Source: Hydrolagus affinis (Eukaryota). From it: a DNA stretch of 61,054 nucleotides. The stretch lies in NCBI GenBank assembly GCA_012026655.1, contig JAAILG010001841.1:1-61054 (forward strand), given 5' to 3'. Below are positions 38,055 through 49,082 of the stretch, in pieces (positions within the stretch are counted from its first letter, which is position 1; every line of letters starts with the position of its first letter). Below the pieces are notes generated by a model. The model saw only the letters and a list, made by a program, of their open reading frames with translations. It searched no databases and was not told the origin of the DNA. Both the position numbers and the translations under genes were made by a program.

Positions 38055-38738
38055 GTTTGTTTCAGCTTCCCTTTTATCACATATGAAAAGTGAGAATAAT
38101 AAAATCTAGTCAATGTTTAATGTGTAATAATTGGTGTGCAGCAGATTTATAGATGTGTACTCTACAGATAAATATATTACTAGGTGTAATAGGAAAAAAA
38201 TTAAGGCATCTCAGAAAATTTTAATTCTAAGGCTTATGTGCTGAAGTGAACAATTTGTTTCTGTGTTTGTGATTCTCATGTTCAGTTTCCACTTCAGTGG
38301 CAAGTTTAGAGTTACTAGTTTATATTCCTTAAAGAGCGCATTTCCACGAGTCAAAAAAGGTTGTGCAATCATATTTCAAAATGAAATAGTTAATAGAACA
38401 CAGAATCGGAAAGACACATTTTAGACATGATTGTATCTGCAACATTATTCTGTATAAAATTTGTAATTATTGAATTCTGCTGGTAACTGGAAGTGTGTCA
38501 AGGTTACCCATGAGAACTCCATACCCATTCCCTGATTTACTTCCTTTTTAAGTCTCATTGCATGTTTTCCAACAATGAAGCGGTTAGGTTCAAGAATGTT
38601 AAGTATTTTAAGTTATTCATAGATTTGCACTGTAGTTTTTTTAGGGTTAGGGTTTTAGGGTTTAATGCTGTTTAATTAAATTGGCTGCATCAATACACAT
38701 CCAATTGTTTCATTGTTTACTGATCTCTTCTCTTGCAG

Positions 38739-38828
38739 TTGATGAAAACCCTTGGATGGACACACTGTGCCTCATTCGCAGAAAACTCTCTGCTCGTGAT
38801 GTATCCCCCAGATTATGTTCCGTTTTAA
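38739..38828 (+). CDS. TPP2: TPP2 exon 29 (terminal)
   Basis: cag|[29 protein letters not shown]. Confidence 0.96.
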   Translation: MMKTLGWTHCASFAENSLLVMYPPDYVPF

Positions 38829-38843
38829 CTTTCGTGTCAGTGA

Positions 38844-38849
38844 AATAAA
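38844..38849 (+). terminator. Candidate proximal polyadenylation signal of TPP2
   Basis: AATAAA 15 nt after the stop codon; an alternative distal AATAAA lies at 40206-40211. Confidence 0.45.
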
Positions 38850-40365
38850 GAGTCTCCATGTACTTGTTAATCAGGATTCAATCAGGCATGTACCTGAAAA
38901 TTGGGGTTATCTGGGTTTTGTTGTACTTCAGCTAATCTTTTTCAGTAAAAAAAATCACAAACTTGTGGAAACGTCAGACAAAGATAGACTAGACTTTGCC
39001 ATTATGTTAATGCAATAAGTTTCTGTTAGATAAACTTATTGCAAAAGGAAAAACAATCCATTTCAACTACAAAAATGAGCAGTCTTATCTCAGCCTATGG
39101 GGTTATGTTTGTATTTGTTGTCTTTAAATTGCAGATATGGGAATGTTTTAATTTATTGACTCATTTTAATTTGAATAATTCCATCCCTCTGGATCTCCCA
39201 CTAGCATTCCTCTCTCAACTAGCAGGAAACACTGCCTGGGGCTCAAACTTGTTTTATATGTAAATGGAAGTCCATTTTCAGATAGTGATTGACAATTCCA
39301 TAGCTGTGAAGCCAGTAGAATCATTACCTTAATCTTCTAAACAGAATTTTCCTGCTACAGCATAAGTTTCTTGATTTTCCCCGTGAAAAAGAACTAGCAA
39401 AGGTAAATGTTGTCCAAGTGTAAGGTTCAAACTGGATCTCTCCAATTCTGAGTCTGGATAATTCTGCTGCCATTTAAAATTACCTTTTTTTAAAAAAAAT
39501 GCCTCACCTTCTTTGTAATCCCGTTTTGCATTTACAACCTTGAGCATATTACTGTGTAGCCTCAGACAGCTATTGTAGTTGGTAGTCAAGATTACTGGAT
39601 GCAGACTTCATTTTATAAAAATGCAAGTTCATTCTCGGATCGGAATTTTTTTGTCAATGAAAGTCTTCTCCTAGAAATGTGATGCTTTACTGTTTAAGGC
39701 ATCCACTTGGAAGCCCAGCTGAGATCTGACAAAATTCAACACCCAGCAAGTAGCCAACTCAACTAAGAGTTAATTCTGAAACTATTCCACGCGCTAAAGA
39801 ATGTAAACCAAGTGTCTAAAGTGCAATTCTACCTGGCAATCTGACAATTATTTTGTAGGTGAATGATGGTTTTAATATGAGAGTTTGTGGTACATGTTGC
39901 TTTTATGTATTGAGCTGCATTGATTGCTTTATCTACATTATCATTATTTCAGGGTTTTTTTTAACAACTGTATTCTTTATAGTAATTTTATGAAATGAGT
40001 CACTTAGGTGCCTTCTTTATACAGAATTTCTTGTTTAGATTTTGGTGTTTTGCAGTTATGTATCAGTTGTTTTAAATCAGCTACTGTATTTCCATTTGCT
40101 AGATGTATCTCTGAGATGATGTGTGTATCTGAAATTTGTATTGCCTAATGCTACGTTGTCTCAAATTGTGAAAAAAGATGCTTATAACTACATGCAAATT
40201 TTATAAATAAAATAGGAAGAGCTATTGCAAATATAACTGAGTCTCCAAAATGATTTAACACCGGATAATAGGTGTAAATATATGTAATGTACTTTTATAA
40301 ATGAATTATTGCAAGATTGTGGGAATACAGTAGTTTATTACAAAGTGCTAAATTAAACCAAATCG

Positions 40366-40677
40366 TAATAATAATCCTTGTATTTGATATAGTGCTTTTC
40401 ACGTCTTCTAGATATCTCAAAGCGCTTCACAGAATATACTGTAAAGTGAATTGACTGTATATTTGTGGGCAAAACGTGGCAGCCAATTCCATACAGCAGT
40501 GTCCCACAAACAGTCATGGATTGAAATGACTAATTTTTTTTTTTTTTAAATGGAGGAATTAATATTAGACGTGTGGAGTAAGGAACTTGCCCAAGGTTTC
40601 ACCCTGACCTGCCTGGATTCGAACACAAGTCTCATGCTTGTAAGGCGAGTGCTCTAACCACTGAGTTACATGACTCC
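40366..40677 (-). mobile_element. SINE family A, full length
   Basis: Tail (TAA)nTCCTTGTATTTGATATAG and head GAGTGCTCTAACCACTGAGTTACATGACTCC on +. Confidence 0.9.
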
Positions 40678-41903
40678 ACAGAAGATCATTAAGAATTAAT
40701 AATGTAGGGTGTCTGCCACAGTTTGTAGTTTGGTAGGAACAAAATCCAACATTTCAACAACTGAACTCTGTTTATAGAAAAAAATGTAGTTTGATCTTTT
40801 CCTCATTCAACTGTGAAGTTAATTAACTGTAAAGATTTCAAAGTTGAATGTGGAAATCAAGGAAGCTTGTGTCGATGGTGCTGGATAACCAAATCAATAA
40901 TACATTGGGAAACTCAGCATGTTATTGAGTCCCTGCTTATAATCTTAAAGGAACTAGTTAACATCCAACTATACAAATTCCTTCCTTGTCCTATTATTTC
41001 AAGAGTTACAACTCACAACAAATGTAAGTTTTCCAATTGTCTGTATGCTGTATTGCATGGCAAGCAATGTGTAATCTATTGTAAAAATTGTGAAGAGCTT
41101 GTTATTCCATGTTAAAATCAATGTGCTCTTAAACTGGAACATGTTAGCTCTGGGTTGTTTGGGTAGATGGCCGTTCTAGCCACATCTTAGATGCAATAAT
41201 CAGTTTAATTTAGACTTCCAAGTCTATCGGTGAACCAAGATTTAGTTCACTCAAGCCTACAGGAAACTAATCGCTTGCAACTTATCTCATTTGAATCACT
41301 GAAATCAGTCAATCAGATCAGTAAATTTAAATCAATGTGACCTGAATTCTCCACCACTAAGCATTACACAATGACAACGTTGATTTAAAGGTAATTATTA
41401 ACTTATTTCAAAGAGGGGAATCACAACATAATACATTATAAAATAGCACTAAATAATTAAAACCTAGATGCTGTATTTTGAATCAAATCACTTTTCTACC
41501 ATGTTTATTTGAAACATTTTCAATATAGCAAAGGATAAGTGAAGGTTAAATCATGTAGTCACTTGTTTTGGTCAATGATTAGGACAAATTTTATCAATTG
41601 GTTTTGTTTATAAAAGATTCTTTTTCATCTGATTCTAAGTTGCTGTGAAAGGTGTATGTTTATATGATTATATGAATGACTTAAATAAAATATCAAAAAT
41701 GTGATTTTTCGGGACTGCTTTCTGGCAGATGCATGTGGTGTTTTAGTTGATAAACAGAGTCAATGGACCGATGAACTCTGTGTAGTAACTTGCATTGTAA
41801 ACACAACAAGGTAACCTACATTTACTTTTTAGCTAATCATTTAACTCGTTTTGTTGTTTTCAATTACACCGTGCATTAAAGTTTTTATTTTGAACTGAAG
41901 ACA

Positions 41904-41970
41904 ATGGCGAGAATCAGCTTCTTATTAATTGCCAGCTTTCTGGGGGTTTCCAATTACGTTGAGTGTGAAG
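41904..41970 (+). CDS. F9: F9 exon 1 (signal peptide)
   Basis: ACAATGG context; MARISFLLIASFLGVSNYVECE|gtaggt, phase 1 matching exon 2. Confidence 0.85.
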
Positions 41971-42077
41971 GTAGGTATTTTTCAAGTGAATTAAATTAAT
42001 CTTGTATTTGCAGCTTATATGCTTCAGAACTTGATTGTTGATTCGTATGCAAGCTAATAGTGGTAAATGAGTGCCTT

Positions 42078-42194
42078 CACTTTGACCGCACCTTTGGTCA
42101 CCTTTCTACCTCTGCTCCTGGATCCGCTATTGTGAAGCGCTCTGAGACGCCGTCCGGCGTGGAGGGCGCTATATAAATCGAAGTTGTTGTTGTT
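42078..42194 (+). mobile_element. L2 3' tail (second L2 family)
   Basis: TTTGACCGCACCTTTGGTCACC...GCGCTATATAAATCGAAGTTGTTGTTGTT; matches the reverse complement of 58898-58985. Confidence 0.8.
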
Positions 42195-43053
42195 AACGAT
42201 CTTTTAAAAGATTTTTAAAAATCTATATTTTCCTCCCATTTTGTTTCCTCTGCCGGCAACACAACATTGGCTTTGGGAAGTCCTCCCAAAGTCCATGCAG
42301 TTTTTATATTTTTCTGCAGTACTTTTATATACCTCAAAGGAACAATTGCTCTAGGCACTATGCTTGAGGGGCACAACATAAATGCAAGTTGTTGTGGCTG
42401 TTGTCACCTATCTGGGGAATTAGTACTCACTGTTATTCACAATTCACATTAATACCTTAACACAGTATATTGGGTTAGCTCATAATTGTGCAAAGTAGAA
42501 GACCCATTTGATCTCATCTTTCCTGAATACCCATCCTACTGTCTTTCCATTATCACATCATTCTGTTTCTTAAAATCAATTCAGTCCTGGTTTCTCCCAC
42601 CCTTGTAACCAGATTTAAAGATACTAAATAAAACAATGGTCAACTAAATGTTTCTAAGTTTGTCTTCACTATCACTGTCTTCATTTTTTCTGAACTGCTC
42701 CGAATTCTCTGCTAGATGAATGGAAACTGCAAAATGTCCACCTTCAAGTAAATGTGATATTTGTTCTAAAGAGCCTAATGAATGTTAACCTTGCTATGCA
42801 CCAAGAAAAACTGCTCACACAATCATTTTTTAAAATTTTAGATGTTCTCAGTTCCCACGATAAAGTGTAATATTTACTCAATGCAATAGCAGTATCTAGT
42901 GGTGCAATGGTGATACTGCACAATTTTAATAAAACAGTACAGGTGGTAAATTTTATTTTATGGAGCTGTACTTTATTTTATTTGGCCAAGTGATTATATG
43001 TATGTACAAACAATTTTTTTTTAAATCAACATTTCTCGGTGACTGAATTGTAG

Positions 43054-43326
<273 letters not shown>

Positions 43327-43736
43327 TAATGGAGGAAATGCTTTTGAAGGCAAAAATTGTTAACCAATGGTTGTAAATAAATTGGTCTGGAAATATAAAG
43401 CTCCCCAGATATATTTCTGATGAAGTAATACATCTGTACATCAAATTTCATGCCTCCTTTAAGACCCATCTCAAGACCCTATTCAACCATGTCTTTGATC
43501 ACCCTCTTCCACCTCTCCGTCCTCCCCGATTTCGACCCCCAACTCGGGTCCGAAACACTGATTGTCCAGCGCTCTTTGGGAAGTCCTCCAAAATAAAAGG
43601 CACTAAACATAATGTTGTTATTCATACAAGGATGAAATCCAGGAGTAACAGAACATTCTACGGCTATTCTTTTAAGCAATGTCAGTGTGTTGAAGGATTG
43701 ATCAATCTGAATTATATTTTTTTCTCTTCCTTCCAG

Positions 43737-43761
43737 ATTGAATTTTGGAATATATATGTGG
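43737..43761 (+). CDS. F9: F9 exon 3 (25-nt aromatic stack exon)
   Basis: cag|IEFWNIYV(D)|gtaaga. Confidence 0.93.
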
Positions 43762-44353
43762 GTAAGATTTTTTTTAAATTAGGATCCTTATTTAAGGGAG
43801 AGATGCGATAATGTATTCCCACTTCAACCCCATATTAAGAAGATGTTTTTATTCATGATTGACCTCCTGACATGAAAGGTGCTATACAAATGTCATTTTG
43901 TAGTTGTTGCTTTTAATGCAACACTTGCCTTGAGAACCATACTCCAAACAATTAATTAAGTTTTGTTAGAATACTTTATGTAGTTTCTGCAGACATGGTC
44001 ATTCATTAATCATTCATTAATCAATAAATGGAATGAAAAGTTTTGTTATTTTCATAATAAAATTAATCTTAATTTTGATTTGAAAGATGCAAAAATTGTA
44101 CTGGGCATAAGCTTAAAATGTGATCTTTGCATCTTGAATTGGTGTCTTTAGAATATTCCCAAGAGTTACTCTTCTTTGATATCTAAAATTCCAGTACTTT
44201 CTTTCAGTTTGAACTTTCCTGTTTCTGTGTGTTGTGTTGGTGTGTATGAGAAATGATTTATTTTGTATATTCACAAATTTCCTTTGCTGGTTTCTGGCTT
44301 TTTTTTATACATTCTCATTTGTGAACAATGATTATTAAATGATTATTTTGCAG

Positions 44354-44467
44354 ATGGGGACCAATGTGAATCATCCCCTTGTTTAAACAATGGCAATTGT
44401 AAAGATGGTATCAATTCATATGAATGTTGGTGCCAAAAAGGTTTTACAGGGAGACATTGTGAAGTGG
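44354..44467 (+). CDS. F9: F9 exon 4 (EGF1, Ca-binding)
   Basis: [38 protein letters not shown]; 114 nt, phase 1-1. Confidence 0.96.
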
Positions 44468-44898
44468 GTAAGAAACCAGTGAAAACATTTATTGGTGTAA
44501 GGTATGCTGCATTGATGCCATAAAGTCTATTGATATACTTGAAGCCAAAGAACACACCTATCCAGTAATTTGAAAGTATAGTAATTTCAGAAATAAATGG
44601 ATTTGATTTGTTTTATTGTGCTATGTATGGAACTTGTAAAACACGTTCATCTAAAACACAATTTCAAAGGATAAGTAATATATGATCACTTATGCAGTGA
44701 AATTAGTCAACAAGTGAACGTTAAGCTTCATTCGCTGTTTAGATTTGCATATGAAGAATACGAACTTCAACAAAGTACGCTGTATGAGGCTGTATCTTCA
44801 CGAAAGATAAGACATTGAAGAAATAGAATAGTATACAAAGATATGGTTTTTAAAATTATAGTATCTGTTAAATATTCATTTGCTTCATATCTTTCCAG

Positions 44899-45033
44899 AG
44901 ACAATAGCACGGTGCAGTGTGAATAATGGAAAGTGCCAACAATTCTGCAAAACTAATGCCAAACCAGGATTGAAGTGTTCATGTGCTCTTGGCTACATAC
45001 TTGGGCCTGATAAGTATTCCTGTATCCCTAACG
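44899..45033 (+). CDS. F9: F9 exon 5 (EGF2)
   Basis: ETIARCSVNNGKCQQFCKTNAKPGLKCSCALGYILGPDKYSCIPN|gtaaat. Confidence 0.95.
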
Positions 45034-45402
45034 GTAAATTAGTTTGTGCTGCACTAAATTCAATGGAAGGGAATGGGCGTCTATGTTGTCTAATTTGTGT
45101 ATATTATGCTTATTTACATCCCATATTACAAATGTTCTGCACAAAAGCAGATCTAATAACAATCGCCAATCAGTAACTAATTAAAAGCAATAATTGTTTC
45201 GAACTCAGCAAAAACTCTTCCAGCATTATTACCTTACAAGGTGTAAAATTCCTAGTGGTATCTGAGTCTTGATATGATTGATTGTTGTGTGTAGATGATG
45301 TTGTAAAACTATACCAACAGAGCTTTTGGTATTTTGCTGTGCAAGACTAATGTGGACAAATGGACATTGTAAATCTATTGATATTTTCATTATTTTTGAC
45401 AG

Positions 45403-45701
45403 TACCTTACCCATGTGGAAAAGTCGTACTTCATAATGGAGTCCAATCACGTGGCATTTCATTGAAGAGCCCCAATATTCTTACTAACATTTCTGATGCA
45501 AGTAACACTTCCGAGACCAACATTAATGCTACAGGGGTTTCTGATGCAATTGACATCACTGAGACCACAAATAACGCTACTGGCATTTCTGATGTAAGTA
45601 ACACTACTGCTTCGATCTACGCAAAGATTGATACTGAAGTAAGTGATCGTACCAGGATAGTGGGAGGAACAGAATGCGAAAAAGGACAATGCCCATGGCA
45701 G
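45403..45701 (+). CDS. F9: F9 exon 6 (linker, activation peptide, protease N-terminus)
   Basis: VPYPCGK...VQSR|GIS...DRTR|IVGGTECEKGQCPWQ|gtcagt. Confidence 0.95.
45483..45608 (+). repeat. Coding 48-bp (16-aa) tandem repeat, about 2.6 copies
   Basis: TNISDASNTSETNINA / TGVSDAIDITETTNNA / TGISDVSNTT; DNA core TTTCTGATG recurs at 48-nt spacing. Confidence 0.88.
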
Positions 45702-45817
45702 GTCAGTTTAAAAGATGATTCACCCTCTTGATAAATTATATTTAAACTCGTAAAATATTATTAGATGGCAATTAATATGCTTGTAATTTATTGACGCACC
45801 TTTACTTCTTTTGAAAG

Positions 45818-45935
45818 GTTCTGTTGGTGAATAAAAAGGATGTTGGTTTTTGTGGTGGATCTATCCTCAATGCGCAATGGGTGATAAGTGCAGCACATTG
45901 TTTCATAAAGCCTATTGAATTCAGAGTTGTGGTTG
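45818..45935 (+). CDS. F9: F9 exon 7 (His57)
   Basis: aag|VLLVNKKDVGFCGGSILNAQWVISAAHCFIKPIEFRVVV|gtaagt. Confidence 0.94.
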
Positions 45936-46219
45936 GTAAGTTCTTTTTTAGACATCATCAAAACTTTGCCTATGTAAAGCAAGGCAGATCTCTGGTTCCA
46001 GCGGGCAATATATGCTTACAGTTCTCAACGATAATTAGAATAATCTATTAACAAAGGAATATAATAATATTTGTTATTATGGGATGCCTCCCGACGTGAA
46101 AGGCCGTCTAGAAATGTAATGTTGTTGTTGTAATAATAAGCCTCGCATTTGATTTAGCGCCTTACCACATATTCAAACCTTATCACAATATTTAGCGAAT
46201 GGCTGAAAATTGGTGTTAG

Positions 46220-46950
46220 AACATAATAATTTGCTTGGCAAAAAAAGATAAAGGTCTATCTAGTTCACATCCCACCATCCTGGCAGTTGCTTGACATGTG
46301 TCCCAAACTATATACTGAATCCTGAGATATTATTTTCTAGCAAAAAAGTATCCAATTTGTTCTTGAAACAAACAACACTTCTTACATGATCCATAGGTTT
46401 ACTACTCGCTCACTGATGCAGTGTTTCCGCAGATTTGTTCTGAATTTACCCCCCATTCAATCGCAGGCTGTTTCCTCTAGTTTTACTGTTCAGCACAATG
46501 TAAAACAGCTTATCATGGTCCACATTATCTAGTTCCTTCAGAATCATAAGACCATAATCATATTGCCCTCTTCTCCAGCGTGAACATGGCCGCTCCCTCC
46601 CCTCCTGATTCCAACCTTCTCCTCAGGTCCAAACCCCCGCCTGTCCAGCACCTTGGACATCCTCCAGCTCAATATTGTGCTTTTAATACAACCCAGTTCC
46701 TTGCTTACCTTACTCACTTCTTCTGAACACAATTGCTACAGCTTCAATTTATTATCAAAAGACCCCCCACCCCCCTAGTCACAATGGTAAGAGATTTAGT
46801 TTAGGTACAGATTATTTTCTTGTAGTTAAACAGTCTGTTCCTGGATTTCTTTTTTCCCATGTGAAGCACTTTGCAGTTCTCCACATTGAATTTAGCCTGC
46901 CAATGATCTACCCAATTGCCAATTATGTTCAAATTTTCCTGTAACCTATG
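46220..46950 (-). mobile_element. Fragmented CR1 LINE interrupted by an L2 tail
   Basis: Minus strand 46830-46947 reads LQENLNIIGNWVDHWQAKFNVENCKVLHMG (CR1 RT C-terminal motif); L2 tail at about 46585-46690; boundaries approximate. Confidence 0.7.
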
Positions 46951-47151
46951 CTGGTAACCAGCACCTTGGGATGTACTCCCTATGTGAAAGGTGCTCTATA
47001 AATGTAATTTGGTTGTTGTTGTTCAACTTTGCAGTCTGTCTCCTTCATGTTCAGATATTCTATCATTTTAAGTTCCAGTAACCTGAAATTCATAAATAGA
47101 TCAAACATTGCCCAATGCCAACAACAGTTGACCATCCAATAAGTGACCCTT

Positions 47152-47378
47152 TGGATCTCCATCCCACAGTCCCATTGCCTTGCTCCCTCCCTTACCTTCT
47201 TCAAGGCATCTCTCAAGACCTTCATCTTTGATCAAATCTTTGGCTATTTTGCTCCCCTCCGCTCCCTCCCCTCCTGATCCTAACCTCCTCCTCAGGTCCA
47301 AATCACTGCCTGTCCAGCACTTTGGAAATCCTCCCGATGCAAAAGGCGTATACAAATGTCATTTATGTGTTTTTGTTG
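47152..47378 (+). mobile_element. L2 3' fragment
   Basis: TTCAAGGCATCTCTCAAGACCTTCATCTTTGAT...CCTCCCGATGCAAAAGGCG...TGTT tail. Confidence 0.8.
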
Positions 47379-47513
47379 CGTTAAGGCCAAGTCTTTTCAA
47401 GCTAAAGTCAGCTAGAAGAATTGGATTTGCTACTTTAAATTTAGAATATTCTGTCCCATCTCATTGCCTTCTGTAGGTACTGATTTTGTTTCTATACTTC
47501 TGTTTTATAACAG

Positions 47514-48061
47514 GTGAACATAACACTGCAATATTTGAGACAACAGAAAAGTACCACAATGTGGAAAGTTTGACAAAACATCATAGGTATAACTCCAACA
47601 GACATGCATTCGAACATGATATAGCATTAATTAAACTCTCAACACCAATAATATTCAATGAATTTGTGATTCCTATTTGCCTCCCAGAGAAACGTTTTGC
47701 AGATAATATACTGGTGTCCCAGGTCTACGGGACAGTCAGTGGTTGGGGAGTCCTGCTTTTTCAAGGAGCAAGAGCTTCAGTCTTACAGAAAGTGGATGTT
47801 CCATATGTTGAGTCTAGTTCATGTAAGACTTCCAGCAACGTCAAGGTCTCACAAAACATGTTCTGTGCTGGGTATGAAGTAGGGGGGAAAGATTCCTGCC
47901 AAGGAGATAGTGGAGGCCCTCATGTCACCAAGTACAAGAACACTTGGTATTTATCAGGCATTGTTAGCTGGGGATACAGCTGTGCAGCTGCTGGAAAATA
48001 TGGATTTTACACCAAAGTATCACGTTACACTGATTGGATTAAGAAAACAACAGGCATATAA
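47514..48061 (+). CDS. F9: F9 exon 8 (Asp102, Asp189, Ser195; stop)
   Basis: cag|GEHN...HDIALIKL...GKDSCQGDSGGPHVT...GKYGFYTKVSRYTDWIKKTTGI*. Confidence 0.96.
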
Positions 48062-48194
48062 TTTACATACACTAACCTGGAATCAAATAACTGACACTTT
48101 ATTCTCTAACCACCTAATGATCTTAAAAAAAATAGAAAAACTAATTCACAGGTTAAATATATCAGGATTTCTTACGTAGAAATAGAATAAGGTA

Positions 48195-48292
48195 CAAAAA
48201 CAGAAATCGCTGGGAACACTCAGAAGGTCAGGCAGCATCTATGGAGAAAGGAAAGTGAGTCAATGTTTCGGGTCCACGATTCTTCGTCACAA
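48195..48292 (-). mobile_element. Penelope-like terminal fragment with degenerate hammerhead core
   Basis: Minus strand GTGACGA-AGAATCGTGGACCC-GAAAC...ATAGATGCTGCCTGACC; near-identical to 51288-51385 in opposite orientation. Confidence 0.65.
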
Positions 48293-48540
48293 GAATAAGC
48301 TAGTTGGGACTCAAATGTGATGCAAGATAATGGAATACTTTTGAGTTGCATTATGTGCAAGTATTTATTAGGCATAACCTGTAAATGTCTATTCTAGTTT
48401 GTAAACCTGTAGCCAACTCTTATTTTGGATTCATTTTTCCTATTAAATGAAATCCTGTCATATGTTATTTCTGCATTGTTAACATCTTTTGGTTTGTCCC
48501 CAATCAAGTTGAAGCACTGCATCTTAGTTGCTTTGTGAAG

Positions 48541-48582
48541 AATAAACTGTTCTGTACCCAAAATGTCATGTAAAAGAATAAA
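48541..48582 (+). terminator. Candidate F9 polyadenylation signals
   Basis: AATAAA at 48541 and 48577; T-rich tract at about 48632-48653. Confidence 0.45.
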
Positions 48583-49042
48583 CGACTGTTTCTGAAGCAT
48601 GCTTGAGATGGGGTACCAGCACATACCTCAGTCTTGTCTTTCTTATTCTGTATTGCTGACATCAACAGTATTTATGCAGAATCCAACCTCTTATACAGTA
48701 CTGTTGCCCAGAATGCTGACCAAAGGTATGAACTGCAGGGCTGCAATTTTTCTTCTCTAGCACTAGAGGTTACCCTTATAACATAGAAGCTAAGAGTACA
48801 TGGTGGAGGTGGGGGAGTGTTGAGTAGAATTTGCCATCTTATTCATTTGTAGAGTGTGAGCTACTTTAGCATCTGGGTAGCTTTAACTTGCTAACTTTAA
48901 AAATATATTTTTTTGTAGGTGTGGGTGTCGGAACAATAATTTGTGTACTTTTCCTTTAATAACGGTAATGATGTGGCCTTCAAAAGTGCTTACTAACTAA
49001 ATCTCGCACCTTTGTGAATTTATTGCTTCTAGAAATAATCAA

Positions 49043-49082
49043 TCAACAAAAACACAAACCACACAAAGGGTTTCTTTTTATT
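49043..49082 (-). terminator. Candidate minus-strand polyA site (possible MCF2 3' end)
   Basis: Minus strand AATAAA (49082-49077) followed by GU-rich TTTGTGTGGTTTGTGTTTTTGTTG. Confidence 0.4.

Larger units (their letters stand above)
8964..38828 (+). other. TPP2: Gene span: tripeptidyl-peptidase II (TPP2-like), 29 coding exons, 1240 aa
   Basis: All 28 introns GT-AG with consistent phases; summed CDS 3723 nt with no internal stop; subtilisin-type triad at the same numbering as human (D44, H264, S449). Orthology versus paralogy is discussed in findings. Confidence 0.97.

Noticed and set aside
38641-38663. TTAGGG-like repeats in the last TPP2 intron
   Set aside because: Only about 3 imperfect units; too short to call an interstitial telomere
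8964-38828. TPP2 copy as a pseudogene
   Set aside because: All exons join in frame with canonical splice sites and no premature stop
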